Below are positions 10,753-22,055 of a stretch of DNA of 34,040 nt, one piece after another (position 1 is the stretch's first letter; each line of letters begins with the position of its first letter). Where the stretch lies: assembly GCA_038087875.1 (NCBI GenBank), contig JAXLNO010000093.1, forward strand, positions 1-34,040. The letters are read 5' to 3'. This DNA comes from Malacoraja senta (taxonomy: Eukaryota). The position numbers and the translations under genes are program-made. The notes beneath the pieces were generated by a model. The model ran no database searches, was not told the origin of the DNA, and saw nothing but the letters and a program-made list of their open reading frames with translations.

Positions 10753-12760
10753 TAGAAACATAGAAAATAGGTGCTATTAGTCGGCCCTTCGAGCCTGCAC
10801 CGCCATTCAATATGATCATGGCTGATCATCCAACTCAGTATCCTGTACCTGCCTTCTCTCCATACCCCCTGATCCCTTTAGCCACAAGGGCCACATCTAA
10901 CTCCTTAAATATAGCCAATGAACTGGCCTCAACTACTTTCTGTGGCAGAGAATTCCACAGATTCATCACTCTCTGTGTGAATTTTTTTTTTCTCATCTCA
11001 GTCTTAAAAGACTTCCCCCTTATCCTTAAACTGTGACCCCTTGTTCTGGACTTCCCCAACATCGGGAACAATCTTCCTGCATCTAGCCTGTCCAACCCCT
11101 TAAGAATTTTGTACGTTTCTATAAGATCCCCCCTCAATCTTCTAAATTTTAGCGAGGTCAAGCCGAGTCTATCCAGTCTTTCTTCATATGAAAGTCCTGC
11201 CATTCCAGGAATCAGTCTGGTGAACCTTCTCTGTACTCCCTCTATGGCAAGAATGTCTTTCCTCAGATTAGGAGACCAAAACTGTATGCAATACTCCACG
11301 TGTGGCCTCACCAAGACCCTGTACAACTGCAGTAGAACCTCCCTGCTCTTATACTCAAATCCTTTTGCTATGAATGCTAACATACCATTCGCTTTCTTCA
11401 CTGCCTGCTGCACCTGCATGCCTACTTTCAATGACTGGTGTACCATGACACCCAGGTCTCGTTGCATCTCCCCTTTACCTAATCGGCCACCATTCAGATA
11501 ATAGTCTACTTTCCTGTTCTTGCCACCAAAGTGGATAATCTCACATTTATCCACATTATACTGCATCTGCCATGCATTTGCCCACTCACCCAGCCTATCC
11601 AAGTCACCTTGCAGTCTCCTAGCATCCTCCTCACAGCTAACACTGCTCCCCAGCTTCGTGTCATCCGCAAACTTGGAGATGTTGCATTCAATTCCCTCGT
11701 CCAAATCATGAATATATATTGTAAATAGCTGGGGTCCCAGCACTGAGCCTTGCGGTACCCCACTAGTCACTGCCTGCCATTCTGAAAAGGACCCGTTTAC
11801 TCCTACTCTTTGCTTCCTGTCTGCCAGCCAGTTCTCTATCCACATCAATACTGAACCCCCAATACCGTGTGCTTTAAGTTTGTATACTAATCTCTTATGT
11901 GGAACCTTGTCGAAAGCCTTCTGAAAGTCCAGATATAACACATCCACTGGTTCTCCCTTATCCACTCTACTAGTTACATCCTCGAAAAATTCTATAAGAT
12001 TCGTCAGACATGATTTACCTTTCATAAATCCATGCTGACTTTGTCCAATGATTTCATCGCTTTCCAAATGTGCTGCTATCCCATCTTTAATAACTGACTA
12101 GCATTTTCCAAACTACCGATGTTAGACTAACTGGTCTGTAATTCCCCGTTTTCTCTCTCCCACCCTTTTTAAAAAGTGGGGTTACATTAGCTACCCTCCC
12201 ATCCTCAGGAACTACTCCAGAATCTAAAGAATTTTGAAAAATTATCACTAATGCATCCACTATTTCTGGGGCTACTTCCTTAAGTACTCTGGGATGCTGC
12301 CTACCTGGCCCTGGGGATTTATCGGCCTTTAATCCATTTAATTTACCTAACACCACTTCCCGACTAAACTGGATTTCACTCAGTTCCTCCATCTCATTTG
12401 ACCCCCGCTGCTATTTCCGGCAGATTATTTATGTCTTCCTTAGTGAAGACAGAACCAAAGTAGTTATTTTGGTCTGCCATGTCCTTGTTCCCCATGATCA
12501 ATTCACCTGTTTCTGACTGCAAGGGACCTACATTTGTTTTAACTAATCTTTTTCTCTTCACATATCTATAAAAGATTTTGCAGTCAGTTTTTATGTTCCC
12601 TGCCAGTTTTCTTTCATAATCTATTTTCCCTTTCCTAATTAAGCCCTTTGTCGTCCTCTGTAGGACTGAATTTCTCACAGTCCTCTGGTAGGCTGCTTTT
12701 TCTGGCTAATTTGTATGCTTCATCTTTTGTTTTGATACTATCCCTGATTTCCCTTGTTAT
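10753..12760 (-). mobile_element. CR1-clade LINE, 5'-truncated, same family as the 1-2400 copy
   Basis: Minus ORF 10835-12067 (410 aa) is the RT through C-terminus with FADD. Upstream parts are frameshifted (12087-12392, 12394-12678). Confidence 0.95.
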
Positions 12761-12771
12761 TCCCTTGTTAT

Positions 12772-13352
12772 AGACAACAGACAATAGACAATAGGTGCAG
12801 GAGAAGGCCATTCGTCCCTTCAAGCCAGCACCACCATTCAATATGGTTGAGTATAGGAGCAAAGAGGTCCTTCTGCAGTTGTACAGGGTCCTATTGAGAC
12901 CACACCTGGAGTATTGTGTGCAGTTTTGGTCTCCAAATTTGAGGAAGGACATTCTTGCTATTGAGGGAGTGCAGCGTAGGTTCACCAGGTTACTTCCTGG
13001 GATGGCGGGACTGTCATATGTTGATAGAATGGAGCGGCTGGGTTTGTATACTCTGGAATTTAGAAGGATGAGAGGGTATCTTATTGAAACATATAAAATT
13101 ATTAAGGGTTTGAACACGCTAGAGGTAGGAAACATGTTCCCGATGTTGGGGGCGTCCAGAACCAGGGGCCACACACAGTTTAAGAATAAAGGGTAAGCCA
13201 TTTAGAACGGAGACGAGGAAATACATTTTCACCGAGAGAGTTGTGAGTCTGTGGAATTCTCTGCCTGACTCACAACTCTCTGGGTGAAAAAGTGTTTCCT
13301 CGTCTCCGTTCTAAATGGCTTACCCCTTATTCTTAAACTGTGGCCCCTGGTT
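12772..13352. mobile_element. CR1 3' fragment mosaic (minus tail, plus body 12847-13266, minus piece)
   Basis: Plus [15 protein letters not shown]...RTRGH flanked by inverted CR1 3' pieces. Confidence 0.88.
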
Positions 13353-13369
13353 CAAGCTTGCTTGCTTGG

Positions 13370-13582
13370 TCCCCTCCCCTTCCCAGCTCTCCCACAACCC
13401 AATGTCTCCGCCTCTTCCTTTCTTCTTCCCCCCCTCTCACCCCCACATCAGTCTGAAGAAGGGTCTCGACCCGAAACGTCACCTATTCCTTCTCTCCACA
13501 GATGCTGCCTGACCCGTTGAGTTTCACCAACATTTTTGTCTACTTTCGACTTTTCCAGCATCTGTAGTTCTTTCTGAAACAT
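13370..13582 (+). mobile_element. Penelope-like element 3' end fragment
   Basis: Homologous to the 3' end of the GIY-YIG-bearing remnant at about 28100-28313. Confidence 0.8.
13449..13484 (+). ncRNA. Minimal hammerhead-ribozyme-like motif in Penelope end
   Basis: CTGAAGA-A-GGGT(CTCG)ACCC-GAAAC-GTC: core CUGANGA, stem II, GAAA, palindromic ACGU in place of stem III, and a GUC cleavage triplet. Stem I pairing is weak. Confidence 0.55.
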
Positions 13583-13662
13583 TTGCATGCCATGGGTACG
13601 CAAGCAAATAATTTCACTGTGCCTTCTCACAAGTGACTCTAAAGTCTTCCATTCCATTCCTA

Positions 13663-13942
13663 GTTTAGAGATACGGCGCGGAAATTGGCCCCTCGGCTTA
13701 CCGAGTCCGCACCGACTAGCGATTACCCCGCACACTAACACTATCCTACACCCACTGGGGACAATTTTACATTTACACCAAGCCAATTAACCTACAAACC
13801 TGCACGCCTTTGGAGTGTTGGAGACAACCGAAGATCTCGGAGAAAACCCACGCATGTCACAGGGAGAACATGCAAACTCTGAACAGACAAGCACCCGTGG
13901 TCGGGATGGAACCCGGGTCTCTGGCGCTGTAAGGCAGCAACC
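13663..13942 (-). mobile_element. tRNA-derived V-SINE (HE1-like)
   Basis: Minus strand reads gttgctgccttacagcgccagagacccgggttccatccc (B-box-like), then a V-domain-like gagtttgcatgttctccctgtgacatgcgtgggttttctcc, then a LINE-like 3' tail. Confidence 0.85.
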
Positions 13943-14012
13943 CTACACCCTATAGCAGGGTGACCCCAACTAGTCTTTACATTTATACCAAGCCAATTAA
14001 CCTACAAACCTG

Positions 14013-14170
14013 AGGTCGACAAAAATGCTGGAGAAACTCAGCGAGTGAGGCAGCATCTATGGAGCGAAGGAATAGGTGACATTTCGGGTCAAGACCCAAA
14101 ACGTCACCTATTCCTTCGCTCCATAGATGCTGCCTCACCCGCTGAGTTTCTCCAGCATTTTTCTCTACCT
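14013..14170. repeat. 158-bp near-perfect palindrome of Penelope-end sequence
   Basis: Arms 14013-14090 and 14093-14170 are reverse complements with few mismatches; centre is gggtc-aa-gaccc. Confidence 0.9.
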
Positions 14171-14386
14171 TCGATTTTTCCAGCATCTGCAGTTCCTTCT
14201 TAAACACCTGTGACCAGGTGGTAGCTGATCCTTGGTTGGGATTGGCATCTTTACCTGGTGGTGGTTGTCCCTACGTTTCTTGTCCCACAAGGCTATTCCT
14301 TCGCTCCATAGATGCCGCCTCACCAGCTGCGTTTCTCCAGCATTTTTGTCGACCTTCGATTTCTCCAGCATCTGCAGTTCTTTCTT

Positions 14387-14912
14387 AAACCTACAAACCT
14401 GTACGCCTTTGGAATGTGGGAGGGAAGTGAAGGTCTCGGAGAAAACCCACGCAGGCCACGGGGAGAACGTACAAACTCCGTGCGGACAAGCACCCGTGGT
14501 CGGGATGGAACCCTGGTCTCTGGCGCCGTGAGTGCTGTAAAGGGCCTGTCCCACTTGGCCGTCATTCGCGCCTCATTCACGCGTCGTACGTAAAATAGGT
14601 CGCGTGCGTTGCGCATGGTGAGGCGTGGAATCGTATGGTGCGGCGCTCCAGAATTTCGTAGTGTAACTAAATCCTCGTGCGCCACCTGCGTGACGTATCG
14701 CGTACGCACACTGGCGCCCCGACGTCCCACGTGTATCGCGTGGTGATGCATGGTTACCTCACCGTGCATCGACATGCATAACCATGTGTCACCGGATATT
14801 CTAATGATATCACGACGCGTCGACCTATTTTACATATGACGCGTAAGTGAGGCACAAATGACGGCCAAGTGGGACAGGCCCTTAAGGCAGCAACTCTACC
14901 GCTGCGCCACCT
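14387..14912 (-). mobile_element. V-SINE interrupted by a MITE
   Basis: SINE sequence is continuous across the insertion: ...gctgtaa [MITE] taaggcagcaactctaccgctgcgccacc. Confidence 0.85.
14541..14882. mobile_element. PIF/Harbinger-type MITE (342 bp)
   Basis: TIR agggcctgtcccacttggccgtcatt / aatgacggccaagtgggacaggccct, extending imperfectly to ~60 bp. 3-bp TSD TAA at 14538-14540 and 14883-14885. Confidence 0.9.
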
Positions 14913-14994
14913 TCCCAGAGGTCTACACACAACACAGGCAGAGATTGGGTCAAGTCATTGCAAACTCACACTTTCATTCAAAGCGATGTGTCAT

Positions 14995-15000
14995 TTTATT
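14995..15000 (-). promoter_or_regulatory. Candidate polyadenylation signal of the butyrophilin-like gene
   Basis: tttatt on plus (AATAAA on minus) in an AT-rich unique stretch about 1.5 kb downstream of the stop. Confidence 0.45.
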
Positions 15001-15270
15001 AAATCTCGTAGAAATTATATTTACATTATTTTAAAAAACATACACGCATTGCATAGTGTTAAATGTATTAAAAAACCATCCTTGGCTCATGAACAACTGA
15101 TTTCAACACTCTAGAACCAACATGTTGCTGCAATGCTATTAATTCTGAAGTAGCTAAGCATGTTGGTTCCCATAAACGGCAGAACTAGTTCCCTCTCTCC
15201 ACTTTTAAAAATAGTTAATTGTTGATAATCTTGCCAGCTTTCAATGCCAGCGAACCTGAACACACGACAC

Positions 15271-16022
15271 AATAAACAATAGGTGCAGGAGTAGGCCATT
15301 CGGCCCTTCGAGCCAGCACCGCCATTCAATGTGATCATGGCTGATCATTCACAATTAGTACCCCGTTCCTGCCTTCTCCCCATATCCCCTGACTCCGCTA
15401 TCTTTAAGAATTAGGCCATTTGGCCCAACCAGGCTCCTAGGCCATTCAATCATGGCTGATCTATCTTTCCCTCACAACCCCATTCTCCCTGCCTTCTCCC
15501 CATAATCTTTGACAGCCTTACTAATCAAGAACCTGCCAATCTCTGCTTGCCTTGCCCGCTACAGCTGTCTGCGGCAAAGAAGTCCACAGATTCACCAGCC
15601 TCTGACTTCAGAAATTCCTCCTCATCTTTCTAAAAGTACATACTTTTATTCTGAGCCGATGCCCTCTGGTCCTAGACTCTCCCATTAATGGAGACATCCT
15701 CTCCACATTCAGGCCTTCCACTATTGGGTAAGTTACAATAAGGTTCCCCTCTCATCCTTCCAAACTCCAGCGAGCACAGGCCCAGAGAACATCAAACGCT
15801 CATCATATGTTAGTTAAGCCACTCATTCCTGGGATCATCCTCAACATCCTCTGGACCCTCTCCAGAGCCAGCACATCCTTCCTCAGATATGGGGCCCAAA
15901 ACTGCTCACAATACTCCAAATGTGGCCTGACTAGCGTTGTATAGAGCCTCAACATTACATCCCTGTTTTTATATCTCAAAACAAATGCTAACATTGCACT
16001 TGCTTTCCTTACTACTGATTCA
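15271..16022 (-). mobile_element. CR1 3' fragments (two subfamilies)
   Basis: Minus ORF 15803-16054 ([25 protein letters not shown]) plus CR1 3' UTRs. Confidence 0.85.
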
Positions 16023-16149
16023 ACGTATGTTTGAACTTGGACCTTATCTTGCACAACATTTTATACCCATTATCCTTTCTCTGTACACTGGGGATGGCTT
16101 GTGACAATAATAAACTGTACGGAATTAAACTTAACTAACTGAACTAAAA

Positions 16150-16410
16150 TAAGCATTGGCTGATGGTCACCAACCTTCTCCTGTTGGTCTCCATCCATTG
16201 CCTGATGGTCCAGCACCATTGATTGATGATCCGTCAACCATTGACTGATGGTCTCCATCCATTGCCTGATGGTATATCAACCATCTCTTGATGGTCCAAC
16301 ACCATTGATTGATGATCCGTCATCCATGACTGATGATCTCCATCAACTATTGACTGATGGTTTCCATCCATTGACTGACTGATGGTCACCCACGATTGCC
16401 TGATGATGCA
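16150..16410. repeat. Degenerate ~18-20-bp tandem repeat (ccattgactgatggtc-like) in the presumptive 3' UTR
   Basis: Recurrent ccattg(a/c)(c/t)tgatg units. Confidence 0.7.
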
Positions 16411-16526
16411 CCAAGCAAGGGCAGCAGACCCACACAAACGCACCGCTCGTAGCAAGCGGCATTCCCTGCCCTTCAACATTCCCGCCCTGTGTACGAGTGT
16501 CCGGATTGTCTGTAGGGGCAGAGCCG

Positions 16527-17053
16527 TCACTCCTCCACTGGGACAGGAGTGATTCGGATGGGCGCCCGCGACCTCCAGGGGCAGAAGAAGGGGTAGACGG
16601 GCTCTTGGAAGGCGACGGAGACGGAGTGGACCTGCCGCTTGCGCCCGGCGTCATGGAAGGAAACGAGGCCCTCGTCGAAGTTGAGGAAAATCCCCACCCG
16701 GCTGATGTCCTCCTGGAGGCCCAGGTCGATGTTCTCCCTGTCCTTCACCTCATACCTGTCCCAGCTGTGGCCAATGGCCCAGTAGCCATCTTCCGGGCAC
16801 AGAATGACCTTGCCCTTGCGTGGGGCTGACGCTCGCGCCACTCCCAGGTCCCAGTTGTGGCAGCCGTCTACCGTCACCTCCCAGTAGTGCCTGCCCTCCG
16901 TGAAGGATTCCTGGGCCAGGACAAAGGGATAACGCTCGAACCTCTTGTCGTTCTCCGTCACGTTGCGCCAGCCGCCTGCGTCGCAGACGGCCGCCAGGTC
17001 CTCCAACACCTCCAGGTTGCCGTTGGCCGTCTCGGGGTCCAGGTGAACTGTGA
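16527..17053 (-). CDS. Butyrophilin-like terminal exon: PRY-SPRY (B30.2) domain
   Basis: cttccag|TC ACA GTT...; uninterrupted (V)TVHLDPETANGNL...RFERYPFVLAQESFTEGRHYWEV...WDLGVA...GYWAI...RVGIFLNFDEGLVSFHD...VYPFFCPW...PVEE*. Confidence 0.95.
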
Positions 17054-17229
17054 CTGGAAGCACAGCCTTGTCAGGAGGTTAGACACCATCCCTCCCACGC
17101 CCATGCCCGCCTGCACCCGACAAGGTCACCCTTGCACCGCCCACCCCCTGCCCAGACCAGCGTGTGTCTGCACCAAGCCAACCGGACCCTACCCAGGTAC
17201 AAGGCCCAAATCTATGACCAGGGGACCAC

Positions 17230-18120
17230 ACACCCACCAGCCCAACCATGCCCAACCCAATGGCCAACTGAATGCCCGATCACACCCAACCATGCCCAAC
17301 CCAATGGCCAAGACCACACCCAACCATGCCCAACCCAATGGCCAAGACCACACCCAACCATGCCCAACTCAATGGCCAAGACCACACCCAACCCAATGGC
17401 CAAGACCACACCCATTTACCCAACCATGCCCAACTCAATGCCCGACCACACCCAACCATGCCCAACTCAATGGCCAAGACCACACCCAACCATGCCCAAC
17501 CCAATGCCCGACCACACCCAACCATGCCCAACTCAATGCCCGACCACACCCAACCATGCCCAACTCAATGGCCAAGACCACACCCAACCATGCCCAACCC
17601 AATGGCCAAGACCACACCCAACCATGCCCAACCCAATGCCCGACCACACCCAACCATGCCCAACTCAATGGCCAAGACCACACCCAACCATGCCCAACCC
17701 AATGGCCAAGACCACACCCAACCATGCCCAACTCAATGGCCAAGACCACACCCATTTACCCAACCATGCCAACTCAATGGCCAAGACCACGCCCATCAAC
17801 CCAACCATGCCCAACTCAATGCTCAAGACCACACACAATCAACCCGACCATGACCAACTCAATGGACAAGACCGCACCCATATACCCAACCATGCCCAAC
17901 TCAATGGCCAATACCACACCCAACCATGCCCAACTCAATGGACAATACCACACCCAACCATGCCCAACTCAATGGCCAATACCACACCCAACCATGCCCA
18001 ACTCTGGCCAAGTCCACACACCCACCAACCCAACCATGCCCAAGAAGACCACCCACCCACCAACCTAACCCAATGCCCAGGGACACCACATACCCACCCA
18101 CCCAACCATGCCCAACTCAG
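17230..18120. repeat. 31/34-bp minisatellite (cacacccaaccatgcccaactcaatggccaagac)
   Basis: Direct tandem repeats with two length variants, decaying at both edges. Confidence 0.93.
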
Positions 18121-18413
18121 AAGATAGATACATAGTACAGTCGTGTCTCAGTGGGTCAGGCAGCATCTCTGGAGAACATGGACAGGTGGCCTTTTGAGTC
18201 GGGACCCTCCGTCAGGCTAAAAGTGGAGGTGGACCTATACTTTCACCCAAGGTGGAGGTGGACCTCTCGGTTCACCATGCCCACCTCTCCTGCCGGTCTG
18301 GTCAAGGGGAGTGCCCGGTGCTGGCCACACCAGGCCTATGTTTCCCCCTCCCCTCTGCTTTTCCAGCGTCCCTATCCCGTGGGAGGGGGAGATAGATTGG
18401 GCAGCATTCGTAC

Positions 18414-18440
18414 CTGCACATCTCATCATCTTTCCCCAAT
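18414..18440 (-). CDS. Butyrophilin-like 27-nt micro-exon 7: (D)WGKMMRCA
   Basis: tgtttcag|ATTGGGGAAAGATGATGAGATGTGCAG|gtacga; in frame with B30.2 and resembles the W-x-K-x-x-x-x-A segment that precedes PRY in butyrophilins. Confidence 0.85.
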
Positions 18441-18578
18441 CTGAAACAGAGAGAGAGAGAGAGACCATGTTAGAACATAGTACAGCACAGGAACAGGCCC
18501 TTCAGCCCACAATGTCCATGCTGTACACAAATACAAGATAAACTGTCGATACATTAAACTACAGATGCTGGCTAATAA

Positions 18579-18860
18579 ACAGAGTGCTGGAGTAACTCAG
18601 CGGGTCAGGCAGCATCTGTGGTGAACATGGATAGGTGACGTTTCACAGAGTGCTGGAGTAACTCAGCGGGTCAGGCAGCATCTGTGGAGAACATGGATAG
18701 GTGACGTTTCACAGAGTGCTGGAGTAACTCAGCGGGTCAGGCAGCATCTGTGGGGAACATGGATAGGTGACGTTTCACAGAGTGCTGGAGTAACTCAGTG
18801 GGTCAGGCAGCATCTGTGGGGAACATGGATAGGTGACGTTTCACAGAGTGCTGGAGTAAC
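18579..18860 (-). repeat. 66-bp tandem array (about 4.3 copies) derived from the Penelope 3' end
   Basis: Unit cagagtgctggagtaactcagcgggtcaggcagcatctgtggagaacatggataggtgacgtttca; its reverse complement matches 13473-13540. Confidence 0.9.
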
Positions 18861-19811
18861 TACCTCCTCCGGCAGCTTGTTCCATACACCCACCACCCTC
18901 TGTGTGAAAAAGTTACCCCTCAGATTCCTATTAAATCTTTTCCCCTTCACCTTGAACCTATGTCCTCTGGTCCTCGATTCCCCTACTCTGGGCAAGAGAC
19001 TGCATCTACCCGATCTATTCCTCTCATGATTTTGTACACCTCTATAAGATCTCCCCTCATCCTCCTGCGCTCCATGGAATAGAGACCCAGCCTACTCAAC
19101 CTCTCCCTGTAGCTCACACCCTCTAGTCCTGGCAACATCCTGGTAAATCTTCTCTGAACCCTGTCCAGCTTGACGATCTTTCCGATAACAATAGCATAGA
19201 AACATAAAAAAATAGGTGCAGGAGGAGGCCATTCAGCCCTTCGAGCCAGCACCGCCATTCATCGTGATCATGTCTTATCATCCCCAATCAATAACCCGTG
19301 CCTGCCTTCTCCCCATATCCCTTGGCTCCACTAGCCCCTAGAGCTCAATCTAACTGTCTCTTAAATCCATCCAGTGATTTGGCCTCCACTGCCCTCTGTG
19401 GCAGGGAATTCCACAAATTCACAACTCTCTGGGTGAAAACGTTTTTTCTCACCTCAGTCTTAAATGATCTCCCCTTTATTCTAAGACTGTGGCCCTTGGT
19501 TCTAGACTCGCCCAACATTGGGAACATTTTTCCTGCATCTAGCTTGTCCAGTCCTTTTATAATTTGATATATTTCCATAAGATTTCCCCCTCATCCTTCT
19601 AAACTCCAGTGAATACAAGCCTAGTCTTTTCAATCTTTCCTCATATGACAGTCCCGCCATCCCTGGGATCATTCTCGTGAACCTACGCTGCACTGCCTCA
19701 ATGACAAGGATGTCCTTCCTCAAATTAGGAGACCAAAACTGTACACAATACTCCAGATGTGGTCTCACCAGAGCCCTATACACCTGCAGAGGAACCTCTT
19801 TACTCCTATAC
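18861..19811 (-). mobile_element. Two CR1 3' fragments of different subfamilies (about 18861-19192, 19195-19811)
   Basis: Minus ORFs with [13 protein letters not shown]...RGDLIEVYKIM and YRSKEV...[11 protein letters not shown]. Confidence 0.88.
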
Positions 19812-19891
19812 TTCTCTTTCAGCTCAATCCCTAACATGGGGTGGCCGGGGTGGTGCCGGGAATTTCAGCGCGATCCCTAACACGGCACAAA

Positions 19892-20023
19892 GGCACAGCG
19901 GGTAGAACAGCTGCCTCACAGCGCCAGAGACCCGGGTTCGATCCCGACTACACGGAGTCTGTACGTTCTCCCCGCGGCCTGCGTGGGTTTACTCCGGGCG
20001 CTCCGGTTTCCCCTCCCACACTC
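19892..20023 (+). mobile_element. V-SINE 5' part
   Basis: ggcacagcgggtagaacagctgcctcacagcgccagagacccgggttcgatccc (A/B-box-like head) followed by V-domain-like sequence. Confidence 0.8.
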
Positions 20024-20410
20024 AAGGCAAGGCAGCACCTTTACCACTGAGGAAATTCAGAGTCTCTCTGAGGATCCTTCAGTGCTTCTACTCAGGGCCT
20101 GTAGAAAGCATCTTGTTCGGCAACATCACAATCTGGTTTGGGAACAGCTCTGCCCAGGACAGGAAGGCTCTGTAGAGAGTAGTACGTTCGGCCGAACACA
20201 CTATGGGAACTACACTCACCCCCCTGCAGGACCGATACATCAGGAGGTGTGGATCCAGAGCCAGCAACATTATGGGGGACCCCTACCCCCCCAGCAATGG
20301 ACTGTTCCAGCTGCTACGGTCAGGCAAACGCCTCCGCTGTCATGCTGTGACAACAGAGAGGATGAGACGGAGTTTCTTCCCACAGGCCATCAGGACTGTA
20401 AACTCTGATC
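20024..20410 (+). mobile_element. Rex1/Babar-type LINE ORF C-terminal fragment
   Basis: Broken translation KARQHLY..FYSGPVESILFGNITIWFGNSSAQDRKAL*RVVRSAE...FQLLRSGKRLR...SFFPQAIR, typical of Rex1/Babar. Confidence 0.8.
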
Positions 20411-20439
20411 TCACCAGGAACTCATTTACTCTACTCATT

Positions 20440-21191
20440 ACTATCTAAATGGTGTCAAGTTGGGAAAAGGGGAAGTACATTGGGATCTGGGGGTCCTTGT
20501 ACATCAGTCTATGAAAGTAAGCATGCAGGTACAGCAGGCAGTGAAGAAAGCGAATGGCATGTTGGCCTTTATAACAAGAGGAATCGAATATAGGAGCAAA
20601 GAGGTCCTTCTGCAGTTGTACAGAGCCCTAGTGAGACCACACCTGGAGTATTGGGTGCAGTTTTGGTCGCCTAATTTGAGGAAGGACATTCTTGCTATTG
20701 AGGGAGTGCAGCGTAGGTTTACAAGGTTAATTCCCGGGATGGCGGGACTGTCATTGCTGAGAGAATGGAGCGGCTGGGCTTGTACACTCTGGAGTTTAGG
20801 ATGAGAGGATATCTCATTGAAACATATAAGATTGTTCAGGGCTTGGACACACTAGAGGCAGGAAACATGTTCCCGATGTTGGGGGAGTCCAGAACCAGGG
20901 GCCACACAGTTTAAGAATAAGGGGTAAGCCATTTAGAACGGAGACGAGGAAACACTTTTTCTCACAGAGAGTTGTGAGTCTGTGGTATTCTCTGCCTCAG
21001 AGGGCGGTGGAGGCCGGTTCTCTGGATACTTTCATCAGAGAGCTAGATAGGGCTCTTAAAGTCAGGGGATATGGGGAGAAGGCAGGAACGGGGTACTGAT
21101 TGGGGATGATCAGCCATGATCACAATGAATGGCGGTGCTGGCTCGAAGGGCCGAATGGCCTACTCCTGCACCTATTGTCTATTGTCTATTG
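20440..21191 (+). mobile_element. CR1 3' fragment
   Basis: ORF 20460-20804 and 3' UTR ending (ctattgt)n. Confidence 0.92.
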
Positions 21192-21357
21192 TGTGTGTGT
21201 GTGTCGGATAGTGTTAGTGTGCGGGGATCGCTGGTCAGCGTGGACCCGGTGGGCCGAAGGGCCTCTTTCCGCGCTGTATCTCTAAACTAAACGTGACACT
21301 TGGGCAGGTAGGAGGCAACCTTGCAAAGGTAAAGGGGGATTTTCACCAGCTACTTAC

Positions 21358-21384
21358 CGATGGAATGGAGAAGTTCCTTGTATT
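21358..21384 (-). CDS. Butyrophilin-like 27-nt micro-exon 6: (E)YKELLHSI
   Basis: tttcttgcag|AATACAAGGAACTTCTCCATTCCATCG|gtaagt. Confidence 0.85.
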
Positions 21385-22028
21385 CTGCAAGAAACAGGAA
21401 GTTGTGATATGGTTAATGGTCAGTGTGTTTGTATAACAAAAGGCAGATAGAGGTCGATGTCAACATGCCCCTTACAGTCACTCAGCTCCCCCTGCCCTCC
21501 ACCCTCCCCCGCCCTCCTCTCATCCCTGCCCTCCTCGCATCCCTGCCCCCCTCCCTCTACCCCCTCACCTACCCATCCTCCCCCTCCCTCCCCTCATCCC
21601 TGCCCCCCCCTCCCGCTCCCCCCTCACCTACCCATCCTCCCCCCTCCCTCCCCTCATCCCTGCCCTCCTCGCATCCCTGCCTCCCCTCCCCCTTCACCTG
21701 CCCCCCACCCCCTCCCTCCTTCCTCACCTGCCCCCTCGCCCTTCCCCTCCTTCCTCCCTCCCCCCCTCCTCCTCACCATCACCCTCTCTCCCCTCCTCCC
21801 CCCCTCCCTACCCTTGCCCCCCGCCCCCCTCCCTCCCCTCCCCTCTGCCCCCTCACCCCTCCCCTCCTTCCTCCCCCCTCTCCCTTCCCATCACCCTCTC
21901 TCCCCCTCCCCCTCCCCCTCCCCCTCCCCCTCCTCCTCCCCTCCCTCACCTGCCCTCTCCCCCTCTCTCCCTCCCCAATCACTACAGACTCGGGACTTCA
22001 TTAATGTCGGGCAGGAGATCTCGATTAC

Positions 22029-22055
22029 CTGCTTTAGCCTCGGCCTTTTGTTTCT
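22029..22055 (-). CDS. Butyrophilin-like 27-nt micro-exon 5: (E)KQKAEAKA
   Basis: cttcttgcag|AGAAACAAAAGGCCGAGGCTAAAGCAG|gtaatc. Confidence 0.83.

Noticed and set aside
10835..12067. Functional reverse transcriptase gene or active LINE
   Set aside because: 5'-truncated and frameshifted upstream, with no endonuclease domain or ORF1.
16497..16829. Plus-strand 110-aa ORF
   Set aside because: Antisense shadow of the GC-rich B30.2 exon.
16527..17063. B30.2 ORF as a stand-alone gene or the end of a TRIM gene
   Set aside because: There is a splice acceptor at 17054-17056, and the upstream in-phase exons encode TM and IgC domains rather than RING/B-box.
16857..18127. Pro/Thr/Gln-rich ORFs (331-403 aa), mucin-like
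   Set aside because: Products of the 31/34-bp minisatellite, open in several frames.
13663..20023. tRNA genes suggested by A/B-box-like sequences
   Set aside because: They are SINE heads continuing into V-domain and LINE-tail sequence; no complete cloverleaf seen.
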